Origin: Macrostomum lignano
Lineage: Eukaryota
DNA: 64,000 nucleotides
Assembly: GCA_002269645.1 (NCBI GenBank)
Contig: NIVC01000249.1
Span: 62,001-126,000 of the forward strand
Direction: 5' to 3'
In this document: one piece after another, positions 27,001 through 42,000 of the stretch
Layout of the letters: each line of letters begins with the position of its first letter
Position numbering within the stretch: position 1 is the stretch's first letter
Notes under the pieces: model-generated
What the model was told of the DNA's origin: nothing
Database searches by the model: none
What the model saw: only the letters and a program-made list of their open reading frames with translations
Made by a program: the position numbers and the translations under genes

Positions 27001-30000
27001 AACCCAGCTTGCCGTCGCTGGTTTCCATGGCAACGCTGTAGCCGAGCTGAGCGGACAGCCGGCCGGCCCGAATGCGAGAGGCCAGCTGCTCAGGCGCCAA
27101 GAACTTGCGGCTGGCCCGGTCGTAAACTGAGAGGATGACCTGGCGATGGGGATGCGGCGGCCGTTCTGAGCTACTGACGGCTGTTTGCTGCCCCAGTACT
27201 CATCTTCTGACCTACCAGAGATCAGAAGGCAGGACCTGCCTACAAAATATCTTCTGTCCAACAGCTATGACTTATCTCTGTGACCCATCTCCTGACCCAT
27301 CTCCTGACCCATCTCCTGACCCATCCCCTGACCCATCCTCTGACCCATCTCCTGACCCATCTCCTGACCCAGATCTTCCGACCCATCTCCTGATCCATCT
27401 CTTGACCCATCTCCTGACCCATCTCTTGACCCATCTCCTGACTCATCTCCTGATCCATCCTTTTTCGCATTATTGGACCCATCCCCACCTCACCATCAGG
27501 TCATCAGGCTGTGTCTGGGCTGCTTGAATTCCCAGCAGCTGAACGTCGTCCACCTGTCCGCCCAGCTGACTGGCCACCGCCTCCACCAGCCTGGTGTCCA
27601 GGCCAGCATACAGGAACACCGGGCCGCTCTGATTGGCTATGCGGATGGCCACTGCCCCTCTTAGCGCGGCCTCGGTTGCCATGACAACCCGCAGCCGAGC
27701 CTCCTGCCAGGCGCGCAGGCCGGACCTCTCGGTCTCCACGCGGACTCGGCGGAGAGCCGGGCTGCTGCTGGCTACCCGGTTGCCATTGGCAACCAGCAGG
27801 GCGCCGCTCGGGGACACATCGAACAGATCGGCGTGCGAACGTAGCCGGATTCGAACCCCGGGACCAACGCCGATGCCGTCGCCGTCTAGCAGAGACAGGT
27901 CGGCGAGGCGGACGCCGCGTTCCGGCGGTCGGAGGAACACGGCGGTGGCGTTCAGCGGCTGAAGACGAGGCGGGGCGACGTTGGAGCGGATGGCGCGGAC
28001 GATGACCGTGGCGGTGTTGCACAGGATGGAAGCGCCGCTGTCGCACACCTGAGGGGGGGCCAGTTCAGGTCAGAGGGTGGGTTAAAGGATGGGTCAGAGT
28101 ATAGGTCAGGGGATGGGTCAAGGGATGGGTCAAGGGATGGGTCAAGGGATGGGTCAAGGGATGGGTCAAGGGATGGGTCAAGGGATGCGTCAGGAGATGG
28201 GTCAAGGGATGGGTCAAGGAATGGGTCAGGGGATGGGTCAGGGGATGGGTCAGGGGATGGGTCTGATATGGAAACATCTCAGAAGATTGGCTAAGATAAA
28301 CTCTAATGTGTGTTGGTAAAATTGACGAAAGAAGCGCATCAGAGGGATCACGCAAGACCATGCGATAACTGAGAAGTTAAATACGAATAGATACGAATCT
28401 TTACATATTCCTCATTTGCTACTCATAAGTAGACAAAAAGAATTTAAAAACTCACCTGCACCCTGAGCCGTTCGGCCCCTGGCCGAAACTGGGTGTCCTG
28501 ACCGACGCTCAGCCGGCCATCGTTGAGCCGGTAGCGCAGGTTGTCGCCCTCCACTATGGTCCACAGAAATGGAGGCCCGCCAGTGCCGGGCAGATCGCGG
28601 TCCGTCACCCGGATGGCGCTGGGCGGGCTGTCGCTGCCCATACTTTCTGGACCGGCGGGCGGCAGCGAGAGGGTCGAGTCCTCAGAGTCCTCCTGCTGGA
28701 TGGGCATGAGCATGCCAAATTTTGTTCTCTTCGTCCAGTTCATCTTCCTCTCATCTCCTCCAATCTCCTCTCCTCTCCTATTCTCTAATCTCCTTTTCTA
28801 TCTTCTTCTCTCATCCTCTTCTCATCACCTTTCCTCTCATCTCATCTCCTCACCTCTCCTATCCTCTTATCTCCTCTCTTCTCATCTCCTCTCTTCTCTT
28901 CTCCTCTCTCCTCTCCTCTCCTCATCACCTTTACTCTCCTCACCTCTCCTCACCTCTCCTATCCTCTTATCTCCTCTCTTCTCGTCTCCTCTCTTCTCTT
29001 TTCTCCTCTCTTCTCTTTTCTCCTCTTTTCTCTTTTCTCCTCTCTTCTCTTTTCTCCTCTCTTCTCTTTTCTCCTCTCTTCTCTTTTCTCCTCTCTTCTC
29101 TTCTCCTCTCCTCTCTTCTCTCTTCTCGTCTCGTCTCCTCTCCTCTCATCTTATCTCATCTCATTTCCTCATCTCTCTTCTCCTCTCATCTCCTCACCTC
29201 TCCTCTCCTCTCATCTTATCTCATCTCATTTCCTCATCTCTCTTCTCCTCTCATCTCCTCTGCTTTCTTCTCATCTCCTCTCTTCTCTTATCTTTTCTCC
29301 TTTCCTCTCATCACCTCTCATCTACCCTCATCTCCGCTCCTCTCTGCTCATAGTTAGTTAATTCAATTTGAGTCTACAACAGTCATTTCAGTTCACTCCA
29401 ACCAGCCACCTACGGCACTAAACTGCACTAATTGTTCTCACTGATACTCAGCGCATCAAACCGCATTGCATATCTGCATCATAATTTCCTGAGTAAGCTG
29501 TCAATTCTAATTAATTATTGAAACACTTGAGTAGCGTGCCTGCGTAGACATTACGATGTCGTACAAAAAATGCAATTGCATTGCGTAACAAAATTTCCCG
29601 TGTCTGAAGCAATTGCCACGATTACGCAATCTGTTTCGGAAATCCAACCAAAACTGCGAACACAAAAAAATTCAATTAGTGCTCATAGATGAGCTCAGAA
29701 CTCACCAGGTAGGGCTGCTGAGTCGCATTGCCGGATTCGTCCAACTAAATGGGGATAAATAGGGATTGAAAAAATCATTAACAAAGTGGTGCAACTGTGT
29801 TTTAACAATTATTTGTTAGACTTCACAAGATAGTCTGAGATTCCCTAGAGAGGCTGTGTCCAATTAGAGTGCTCTATCGGGACTACGCTTTGAAATACTC
29901 GTAGGAATGAGTCATTGGAACAATTTGAGTCATAAGAGAAAATGAGTCATAAAAATGAGTCATAAGAAATAAATGGGTTATAAGAAATTTAGCAAGTCAT

Positions 30001-33000
30001 AAAACAGAAATCGTCATGAGAAAAAATGAGTCATAGATATTGAGTCAAGATAGAAATGAGTCATACTAAAGAAATAAGTCATGAGAAAAATTTACGTCAT
30101 TAGAAAGAAATGAGTCATTAAAAGGAAATGAGTCATAAAAAGAAAATGGGTGATAAGAAGGATATGAGTCATAAGAAGGAAATGAGTCATGAGAAAAATT
30201 TACGTCATTAGAAAGAAATGAGTCATAAGAAGGAAATGAGTCATGAGAAAGAAATGGGTCATAATAAGGATACATGTATGAGTCTTTAGAAGGAAATGAG
30301 TCATGAGAAGGATATGAGTCATAAGAAGGATGAGTCATAAGAAGGAAATGAGTCATGAGAAAGAAATTGGTCATAAGAAGGATATGATTCATGAGAAGGA
30401 AATGGGTCAATAGAAAGAAATGAGTCATGAGAAGGAAATGAGTCATACAATCTAAATATGAAGCCGAACGCACCGGCAGAACAAAGGTGTACTCCCGCCG
30501 GTCAAACTGGGGCCTGCAATCGTTCTCATCGAGCACCAGGACTCGCACAGCGGTGCTGGCGCTCCTCTGCGGCCGGCCGTGGTCCCTGGCCGACACAGTC
30601 AGGGTCAGGCGGTCGCGAGTCTCCCGGTCCGGCGGCACCCGCACGAACAGCTGGCCGGTGGCTTCGCTGATGTTGAAGAGGCCATCCGGGTCGCCGGACT
30701 CGATCCGGTAGGCCAGCCGGCTGTTCTCGCCGGAGTCCGCGTCGGTGGCGACGACCGCCAGAGACAGGGGAGACCCGGCCTTGGTGTTCTCCTTCACCGT
30801 CACGTTGAAGCCTTCGGCTGGGAACACCGGCGAGTTGTCGTTCTCGTCCAAGACGCGAACGGTGACGACGGCGGTGGACACCAGCGGGGAGGCGCTGAGG
30901 TCGAAGGCGGTCACGGTGAGGTAGTACAGCGACTGCCTCTCGTAGTCTAGGCGCGATTTCAGCGACAGAGTGCCTGAGGCGGTGGGCGGTGGGTGCACAT
31001 GGAGATGGGGACATTGCAGTGGGTCATCTAGAATATGGTCATAGAGGTGCATAAAAATTGCCTTAGGGATTATCCGATGATGACTCATTTTATAATGTTA
31101 AGGTCAGAGAATGAGTCATCAAGCAGATAGTTGGGTCATAGAATGAGTCATCAAGCAGATAATTAGGTCAGAGAATGAGTCATCAGACAGATAGTTGGGT
31201 TATAGAATAAGTCATCAAGCAAATAGTTGGGTCATAGAATGAGTCATCAAGCAGATAGTTGAGCCATAGAATGAGTCATCAAGCAGATAGTTGGGTTATA
31301 GAATGAGTCATCAAGCAGATGGTTAGGTCATAGAATGAGTCATCAAGCAGATAGTTGAGCCATAGAATGAGTCATCAAGCAGATAGTTGGGTTATAGAAT
31401 GAGTCATCAAGCAGATGGTTAGGTCATAGAATGAGTCATCAAGCAGATAGTTGAGCCATTGAATGAGTAATCAAGCAGATAGTTGGGTCATAGAATGAGT
31501 CATCAAGCAGATGGTTAGGTCATAGATTGAGTCATCAAGCAGATAGTTGGGTCATAGAATGAGTCGTCAAGCAGCTAGTTGGGTCATAGAATGAGAACGC
31601 GGTGCAAAGTACAAGTCTGCAATGCTTGAGTCCTAATATTTGAAAACTCTACCGAGTCGGGCAGTCAGTCATCTACTGAAAAGTTCTCGAATCAATCCAA
31701 TTAAGTTCACTTGGAGCTCGGGCAGAGCTTCACAAAGAGAAATTTTCTCGGCCCCATTAAATCCAGATCAATGAGTGGAAAGCCACTTAAGAGATTGGTC
31801 ATTGATAGAGAAAAATCAATGACGAAAAGTGTTCCAAACTGTTTTCAAAGTTTATCTTAGTCAATAAAATTCAAATCACTCACATATGTTTACCAGAAGT
31901 CTAACAGATATCTTACAGGTATCCAATAGCTACCTAACAGATATCTAACAGGAATCCAATAGCTATCTAACAGATATCTAACAGACACCCAATAGCTATC
32001 TAACAGATATCTAACAGGCATCCAATAGCTATCTAACAGATATCTAACAGACACCCAATAGCTATCTAACAGATATCTAACAGACACCCAATAGCTATCT
32101 AACAGATATCTAACAGACACCCAATAGCTATCTAACAGATATCTAACAGACACCCAATAGCTACCTAACAGATATCTAACAGACACCCAATAGCTACCTA
32201 ACAGATATCTAACAGACACCCAATAGCTATCTAACAGCTATCTAACAGGCATCCGATAGCTACCTAACAGATATTTAACAGACACCCTACTCACCATGCA
32301 CTGCGTCCACAGAGAACAAAGCGTCATTGTCCATCAGGCGGTACCTCACAGCGCCATTGAGTCCGGCATCTCTGCTGGTGGCCCTGAGCTGGGCGATTCT
32401 GTAGTTCACCGGCGTGTCCTCGGACAGGCTGAAGTCCAGGCTGGACGGCTCGAACACCGGCGGATTGTCGTTGACGTCCATGACGGTAAGCAGCACGGCG
32501 TGAGTTGAGCTCCTAGGCGGCTGTCCAGAGTCCCTGGCAACCACAGGTATCCGGTGGACCTCGGACAGCTCCCGGTCAAGCCGACTGTGGCCGAGGGTCA
32601 CCAGGCCGGTCTGAGGGTCCACTCGGAATCGGTCGGACAGCGGCCCAGACTCGGCGGGCAGGCTGTACACAATGCGGCGATTCGCACCTGAGATTGCGGC
32701 AGGCGATTTCGAAGCCAGGGTTGAAGTTGGCACAGCGCAGGTTTCGAGGGAAGCCCGCCAAAACTTCTGAGCCGATTTTGGCTTTTTCTTCGGGCGCGCT
32801 GATTTCTCGCCTCGGCTCTCTAATTGGCTCCGGCTGAACTATAGCCAGCGGGATAAGTATTATAGTTGGTGAAGGCTCTAAATCTAAACCTGATTCTCAC
32901 GGGTCACTGCGCCAAGTCCTTAGGAGGCGAAGGAAGAACTGAGTCGCAGTCGCAGCAGATGAAGAAGAAGAAGCTCAAGAAAACTCCAAGCGATTTGCCA

Positions 33001-36000
33001 TCGAAGGGCTTCCTCTGGCAGAAGACGGTTTGCCGTGTGGGGGGGGGGGAGTTCATGGCCCACTGCGCACCTCATGGGGTGACCGAAGCTTTTATGGCTT
33101 TCTTCCCCCAACTCCCAAATGGGCACCACGCGACCACCTGGACAGGCATGGCAGCGGATTTCACGGCAGGTTTTAGAAAGTTTATGAAGGGGCCAATGGG
33201 AATGAAAAAATGAAAATGAAAACGATTGATTATGAGTGAGAGATAGTTGCTAGGGGAATAACGATAGGTAAATTTGGTAAACTATGATCAGTGATGAAAG
33301 GTTAAGTGCAGATGTAGGATGCAAGGAGACTGAAAGAGATGCAGAGAGGCTGGTAGACATGCAGAGAGGCTGATAGAGATGCAGAGAGGCTGGTAGACAT
33401 GCAGAGAGGCTGATAGAGATGCAGAGAGGATGTCAGAGATGCAGCGAGACAGATAAGATTATTGCCCTTTGGTGTACCCTAGACCCGCCCAGCCTCTGCT
33501 TAAATGGATGGTGTGCCTTGATCTGGGCCATCATAAACTCTGCGAGTTAATTACATCCAATATCCGGTGCGACAGACTATCGCCAGTCCCATTCAATTTA
33601 AAACGGAAATTATTGCAATCACAATTTTCTTAATTACAATCCAGTCACAGTTGCTATTGGCCTAGCTAATTCAAGCATTCCTGGAAATATTCATTAGTTT
33701 CCACAATTGGTGCCAAAAATCAACTCAAAATTAAACTAATCGTCTTTTTTGAACCTTGTCTGACCTTGAAAAAATATGAAAATTTGAATTCGCCATACTA
33801 AGCTCCTCCACTGCCAAAGACCACCCACCTCCTAAGCTCCTCACTCTCGAAGTCTACCCCCCCCCCACCAAGCTCCTTTTCTCTCGAAATCCGCCCCCTA
33901 CTAAGCTTCTCCATTCTCGTAATCCGCCCCCTACCAAGCTCCTCCGCTGTCAAAATCCACCCCCAACCAAGCTCTGCGTATTAATTCATGAGCAAACCAA
34001 AAACTCTGATACTGATACTCAAACAGCGCTTAACCCAATGCAAAAATTAATATGCAATTATTTTTTTATTCAATCCGCATCGGCAGCAGCAGAACGAGAA
34101 ACTGATCGATTAAAGAAGTGGCCTAAGGCAGCAAGAAGTTCGCCATCAGCAGCTCCCATAAATACATTCTAATCTGCCGTCTTGTCTCTCTGTATCCCTC
34201 CCAGAGGGCAGAGGCGGTAGGGGGCGACCCACCTCAGCGAAACAGAGCGGGCATATCAAATCAACTTTTTACTAAACATTAATATACGAACTAAACTGCG
34301 CCGATATGAAGCATCACGGATGTGCTTGCGGCCTAATATTGCCTAGAACTAGCTAGATATCCAGTCTATATACATATTGGCATTTTTCGCTGCCTGCGCA
34401 CACTGCGGTCGGTCCCCTTCGCGGGCATCATTATCAAGTTGCCGAAAAATAGCAGCATTGCCGCAAAAACCGGCACAAATTGCCACTTAAGGAGGCCGAC
34501 ACCAAGGGGCAAACCGAAGCGGGGAATGAATGTCTATTATTTATTTGCTCGGAACTGGGCCCCGAACTTTGAAGAATTCCCTCAGCACTGGCGGGACTGG
34601 CGGAAATGAAGATGGATGCGAGGATGCGGAGGCAGAAAAAAAGCACAAACTGGGTTTGAAGCGATGGTAGCTGACAGTCTCTCTAAGTAGCTGCCGAAGT
34701 CGGGGGTCTTCCTGCGCTGCCTTGTGTCGGGCACTTCTGCGGAAATATGCCTATTCCATTAGTCTAAATTAGTGAAAGCAGAGCTGGCTTGGGAAAGGGA
34801 GACAGAAGGTCGGGGACAAGGATTTGAAATGGACTGATGCAGAGAGACTGGGGACTGGGGATATTGGGGTTGAAGATTGGGAGACTGGGAGATGAAGGAC
34901 TAGAGGACTGGGAGATGAAGGACTGGGAGACTGGGGAATGAAGGACTGGGAGACTGGGAGATGAAGGTCTTGGAGACTGGGAGATGAAGGACTAGAAGAC
35001 TGGGAGATGAAGGTCTGGGAGACTGGGAGATGAAGGTCTGGAAGACTGGGAGATGAAGGAATGGGAGACTGGGAGATGAAAGTCTGGGAGACTGGGAGAT
35101 GAAGGTCTAGGAGACTGGGAGATGAAGGACTAGAGGACTGGGAGATGAAGGACTGGGAGACTGGGGAATGAAGGACTGGGAGACTGGGAGATGAAGGTCT
35201 TGGAGACTGGGAGATGAAGGACTAGAAGACTGGGAGATGAAGGTCTGGGAGACTGGGAGATGAAGGTCTGGAAGACTGGGAGATGAAGGAATGGGAGACT
35301 GGGAGATGAAAGTCTGGGAGACTGGGAGATGAAGGTCTAGGAGACTGGGAGATGAAGGTCTTGGAGACTGGAAGATGAAGGTCTGGGAGACTGGGAGATG
35401 AAGGACTGGGAGATTGGGAGATGAAGGACTGGGAGACTGGGAGATGAAAGTCTGGGAGACTGGGAGATGAAGGTCTAGGAGACTGGGAGATGAAGGTCTG
35501 GGAGACTGGGAGATAAGGTCTGGGAGACTGGGAGACCAGCAACCGTACCAAATCCGCTCAGGTGTCAATTTCCAAGAAAACACCAGACAAGCAGAGATCC
35601 TCAGCCAACCGAGCACGCGGGGATCGCAAAGATGGGGCTCCCGCCGAGCCGGGGTTCCACCCCGCCGGGTCGCAGCTCGCGCATGACGTAGGCGGCCATT
35701 TGCAGCGATTGCGCAATCAATAATGCAATCAACTCGGTGCACCATGGGAGCCGCTGCCGTCAGGCCTGGACGGTGCATCCCCGCCACTCTTCAAGCCTTC
35801 AGCATTCCCCATCACGCAGTGGCTAGTGGGGATCAGCAGAGACACAGGGGATAAACTGGGATGGCTTGGAGAGAAAGAAGGCAGATTGACAGACAGGCAA
35901 GCAAAAGGATTTCAGCTGACAGGTGAATCAAGGCAGCGGCATCATCTTGAACATTCGAGGGGATACAAAAGGCTATCAGGCGATCGCTTCTTAGAGAAAT

Positions 36001-39000
36001 TTTCGGGAAAGTTTCTGTGACCAAACAGAAAGAAGAAAAATTAGATTGCAGTTTATGGAGTCGCTATGCCGCAGAATCCCCACCCCATCCCAATAATTTA
36101 CACGCATCAATCACTGGGGGCAATATATCGTGCTTGTCAATCTTTCGGCAACTCCGAAGTTTTATGTCTCCCCCCCGTCCACAGGTTTCCAGCACGGAAC
36201 TTCAAGTGCGGACAATTGAAGCTGGCCGAATGTTTCAAGGGGGTGAATGTTTTAACACTGGCTCACTGAATTCTAAGGTTGGTTGCTGACAATTAGGCCT
36301 CGCTAATGTGGCTATCTATCCACCTGTCAATTAGGTGGTTTGCTGCTTTCTAGGCATAATAGATCCCAGATACTCAGCCTACATGACAAATCCCAAACTA
36401 GATATCCTAGCTACCAGATCCTAGAGATCCTAGATCCTAAAAATCCCAGATTCTAAAAATACCAGATCCTAAAAATCCCAGATCTTAGAGATCTCAGATC
36501 CTAGAGATTCCACATCCTAGAGATCTCACATCCTAGAGATCCCAGATCCTACATATCCCACATCATAGAGATCCCAGATCCAAGAGATCCCACATCCTAG
36601 AGATCCCAGATCCTAGAGATCCCACATCCTAGAGATCCCAGATCCTACATATCCCACATCCTAGAGATCCCAGATCCAAGAGATCCCAGGTCCTAGAGAT
36701 CCCACATCCTAGAGATCCCAGATCCAAGAGATCCCAGATCAAAGAGATCCCACATCCAAGAGATCCCACATCCAAGAGATCCCACATCCAAGAGATCCCA
36801 GATCCTAGAGATCCCACATCCAAGAGATCCCAGATCCTAGAGATCCCAGATCCCAGAGATCCCAGATCCTAGAGATCCCACATCCTAGAGATCCCACATC
36901 CTAGAGATCCCACATCCTAAAGATCTCACATCCCGCATCCAAGAGATCCCAGATCCAAGAGATCCCAGATCCAAGAGATCCCAGATCCAAGAGATTCCAG
37001 ATCCTAGAGATTCCACATCCTAGAGATCCCACATCCTAGAGATCCCACATCCTAGAGATCCCAGATCCAAGAGATCCTACATCCTAGAGATCCCAGATTC
37101 TAGAGATCCCACATCCTAGAGATCCCACATCCTAGAGATCCCACATCCTAGAGATCCCACATCCTAGAGATCCCACATCCTAGAGATCCCACATCCTAGA
37201 GATCCCACATCCTAGAGATCCCAGATCCTAGAGATCCCAGATCCTAGAGATCCCAGATCCAAGAGATCCCACATCCTAGAGATCCCACATCCAAGAGATC
37301 CCACATCCTAGAGATCCCAGATCCAAGAGATCCCAGATCCTAGAGATCGCACACCCTAGAGATCCCAGATCCAAGAGATCCCAGATCCAAGAGATCCCAG
37401 ATCCAAGAGATTCCAGATCCTAGAGATCCCACATCCTAGAGATCCCACATCCTAGAGATCCCACATCCTAGAGATCCCACATCCTAGAGATCCCAGATCC
37501 AAGAGATCCTACATCCTAGAGATCCCAGATTCTAGAGATCCCACATCCTAGAGATCCCACATCCTAGAGATCCCAGATCCTAGAGATCCCACATCCTAGA
37601 GATCCCACATCCTAGAGATCCCAGATCCTAGAGATCCCAGATCCTAGAGATCCCAGATCCAAGAGATCCCACATCCTAGAGATCCCACATCCTAGAGATC
37701 CCACATCCTAGAGATCCCAGATCCAAGAGATCCCATATCCTAGAGATCGCATACCCTAGAGATCCCAGATCCAAGAGATCCCAGATCCAAGAGATCCCAG
37801 ATCCAAGAGATCCCAGATCCAAGAGATCCCAGATTCTAGAGATCCCACATCCTAGAGATCCCACATCCTAGAGATCCCACATCCTAGAGATCCCACATCC
37901 TAGAGATCCCAGATCCAAGAGATCCCACATCCTAGAGATCCCAGATCCTAGAGATCCCACATCCTAGAGATCCCAGATCCAAGAGATCCCAGATCCTAGA
38001 GATCCCAGATCCAAGAGATCCCAGATCCTAGAGATCCCACATTCCAGCCAGACAAAAGCTCACCTGAGCTTAGCGATTCCTCGGCTTCAGCTTCAGCTGA
38101 CTCAAACTTGTTGCTGGGGCGGGCAAACTTTGTCAATCATGCCCTGCAGGATTTTATTTATTATGCTTGCCGAGCCCGCAGCTGTCAGTCAGTCAGGCAG
38201 CCGGGTCAGTAGACGGGGGATTGTCTATTTTAAGGTGCCAAGTCAGACAGCAGGACAGAGGGAGGGTTACAAGCAGGTGTAACACGGCCACTTCTAGGGG
38301 TGGGGGCTGGGGTCGGTACGGGAACGCCACAACTCATTGGCTACATTGAAGAGTGGGCTGGAGGCCGCGGAGTTGAGGGGAAATTTCTCCCCTGGGGATG
38401 AAATCTACTGGGGAAGAGAGAACAGGATGAGACGGGCCTGTGAGAAAATGGAGTAAATTGAGGTTGGCTTTCTCTTGTGCTTCAGTTCTTGCTTCTATAA
38501 GGGTTTTGGAGGAGGGGCCCTAATGCCACACAATGTGCGGTCTGCATGCTCGCCCAGTGCTGACTGTCTGTCTGTGTCTGACAGCCAATGAGGGAGCGGC
38601 TGGGCCTCCAGGTCAGACGGACTGTGACAATGCCATTGCTTTAGCCACGCAGGGCTGGCCGAAGGTCGAGGTTTGCTCCCCGTAGTATGCGGTGTAATCC
38701 CTTTTTACAGTTACACTGACTGTCATAGTGCAGCCATAATTATCCCCCTTATCTCAGTCAGGGGATCAGCCAAAGGATTTTTAAGCTTGCGCGAGCAGCG
38801 ATTGTCAATCAAAGCAAACACAGAATTGCCAACTTTTAAAGACAAGCAAGAACTGGCTGGACAGGGGTCAACTTTTAACGGCAAGAAAAAGAGAATCGCA
38901 GGAAATTCTCCGATGCAAAAGTGGACTGGCAGTGCCTGATGGCGAGAGGACATGCTGCTACAGAATGGAAATTGGGAAATTGAATTTGTACCGACAGAGT

Positions 39001-42000
39001 CCCCTTTCTCTCTCTGCGTTCTATTTTGTAACTCTCACTCTTGAGGTGGCAAAAAATCAATACTTACTTGCTCAATCTTCTTCTTTTCTGGCTCATTTCT
39101 CTCTCTCTCACAGAGTCGCAAAGAAAGCTCTTGCTACCGTTCTCCGGCTGTCTGTTGCCAAAGTCCAATGCTTTTTGCCGGGTCAGTTTTTATAGGAATG
39201 CAGGGTGGCTTTTCTAAAGTTGGGTAACGACAGAAGCGCTTGGGGACACGGGATTGCGCTGTGAGCTGCGATTGCAGGCAAGAGGAGGGGCAGCTCAGCC
39301 TGCTGAGCTCTGAAAAGGGGCAGCCAAGGCAGAGGAAAAGAAAGAGGAGCGAAGGAGATGAGAGAAGAGAGAATAGAAGAGAGGAGATGAGATGAAAGAG
39401 AAAGAGGAGAGATTAGATGGGAGAATAGGAAAAGAAAAGAGAGGCGAGACAAGAGAGAGTTGAAGAGAGGAGACCAAGGACAAAGGCATTAGGGGGCAGC
39501 CCAGCACCCGCAGAACTGCTCCAGTTTCCATCATATTCTTCATCGCCCCCCCCCCCCCAAAGTCCCAGCTGAGCCTGTCACGTGCTTGTAAAAAGAGCCA
39601 GTTTTAGCTGACAAAGAGCTGCCGTTATCTCGGGAGCTTCATCAAGCCCCTGTTTGACGCCTTCGGCAAAATTTCGGTGACCTACGCGCGCAATGAATCG
39701 AAGCCCAGCAACTAGAAATATGAATATTTAAAAAACATTTCTGCTCAACCTCTTCACTACTGGCTGCTGGAGTGGCAACTCAATGCCGACAAAGCGGGCA
39801 GGGAAGCCCCTCTGGGAACACCTGGCCGTCTGGGAGAATCTGTGAATGGATTTTTGTTGCGTGAAAATTGAAACTGTCTTTGCGAGTGCTCACTACTCAT
39901 CTGTGTCCCAAGTTTGCATTAGGAAATTCGGCCTCACCGATGGGGAGCAAAGGAGAGAAGAGCGCTGGTCGAATTCAAGCGCGCTGCTCACGCGAGCCAA
40001 ATTTGCAGCTGCCGGGCCCAGCCAAGGAGATCCGGGACCTGAGCCTGGAGTCGAGGATCTTGGCGGCTTCTTTAGTGTCACATCGACAACATTTCACGCA
40101 TTCGCTTTTGGGGAACTTTTTATAAATGTGAAATTTGGATGTTATGAAGGTTCGGCGTTATTGGGTTCTTGGACTCTTGAAACTTTTAGGTGATATGAAA
40201 TTTAGGTCCTAGGAAATTTAGGTCCTGTAAAATTAAGGTGCTAAAGAATTTAGTTCCTAGAGAAATTTAGGTCCTATGAAATTTAGGTCATTTGAAATTT
40301 AGGTTCTAAATCAAAAGAATTTAGTTCCTAGAGAAATTTAGGTCCTATGAAATTTAGGTCCTATGAAATTTAGGTCCTATGAAATTTAGGTCCTATGAAA
40401 TTTAGGTCCTATGAAATTTAGGTCCTATGAAATTTAGGTCCTATGAAATTTAGGTCCTAAAGAATTTAGTTCCTAGAGAAATTTAGGTCACGTGACATGT
40501 AGGTCCTATAGATTCAAGGTCCTACAGAATTTAAATCCCATGAAATTTAGGCTAAATGAAGTTTAGATCTGACTAGCAATCTAGTGCGGCCCCCCTTCGG
40601 GGCGCCCAATAAGAAAGGAGCAAAATTAGTTCATGGAAAACAATAAAAAAGCACATTTTCTTAAACACCCATTCCTTCTTCATTTTTTAAAAATCACCTT
40701 ATTCGTGTAAAATTGTCACGGACAAAGATGATTGCAAAGTGAAAGAATTACTTTTTCTCTAAAATTAACAAACAGACAACAAAATATAGCTTCCCCTAAA
40801 TAGAAAATATTCCCAAGACAGCAAGCACCCCCCTCCAAAAGTAAACAACCACAGATAGCAAGCATCCTCTAGTGCTCATAGCAAGCATCTGCAGATAGCA
40901 AGCATTTGCAGATAGGAAGCATCCCCCAGATAGCAAGCATCACCCCAGATAGCAAGCATCCCCCAGATAGAAGCATCCACCCAGATAGCAAGCATCTGCA
41001 GACAGCAAGCATCCCCCAGATAGCAAGCATTCTGCAGATAGCAAGCATCCCCCAGATAGCAAGCATCCCCCAGATAGCAAGCATCCCCCAGATAGCAAGC
41101 ATCACCCCAGATAGCAAGCATCCCCCAGATAGAAGCATCCACCCAGATAGCAAGCATCTGCAGACAGCAAGCATCCCCCAGATAGCAAGCATTCTGCAGA
41201 TAGCAAGCATCCCCCAGATAGCAAGCATCCCCCAGATAGCAAGCATCCCCCAGATATTGTTGAAGCATCCACCCAGATAGCAAGCATCCTGCAGATAGCA
41301 AGCTAAATTGATTTTTTTAACTTGGAGAATTTGACAGTCCAGATTTTGTGCTCCGGTCGCCTCGACCGTCCCCTCTCATCCTGCAGTCTCCTTCTCGTCA
41401 AGTTTTTTTCCTCAATTGGGGCCGCGCGTGCCTCGCCTTGCACATCCAAACTATTTTCAAGACGCCCCTTCTAACAGTTTTGATGATGAATCGAGGACCG
41501 CTACAATAGACACCTGGACGTTGGAGCAGCGCAACGGAAAGACAAGTGGAGCACCTGTACAGATGGTTCATTCATTCGTACAGCATTGGCGCACTTTTAT
41601 GTGCTCAGGAGTGAGCGGAATGGGCAGAACTGCCGTCAGCGCCGGGTTGTGGGACGATCGGTCCCTGCTGCAATTTTTATTTATTATTATCACTAGAAAG
41701 CAAAGATTTATCCAAGTCCCAACTAAAGCGCAAAGGGAACTGATCTCCGCAGTTGTCGCCCGGCGACCAAACGCTGACACACCGGCGGAACAGAACGAAT
41801 TTTGTTATTCATAAAGTTGCCGACTGTTTGGGTGGCTAGAGGGTTACCGGTGTGACTCACTCTAAGCTGGTGTTCATCAACAGAGTCAAGGAATGCTAAG
41901 AGACAGTGATTCTGGATCTGGGCCTTCTTGTGTTATCCTTGCTGGGAGACGCTACCCTTGGGAGGAGACGCTACCTTTGAAGGGAGAAGCTACCCTTGAA

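Noticed and set aside
27470-31014. Long antisense or alternate-frame ORFs over cadherin exons (also 48376-52086)
   Set aside because: Expected shadows of GC-rich coding sequence.
34280-34375. Helitron-like end (weak hairpin plus CTAG)
   Set aside because: Hairpin imperfect and no matching 5' TC end or second copy in the window.
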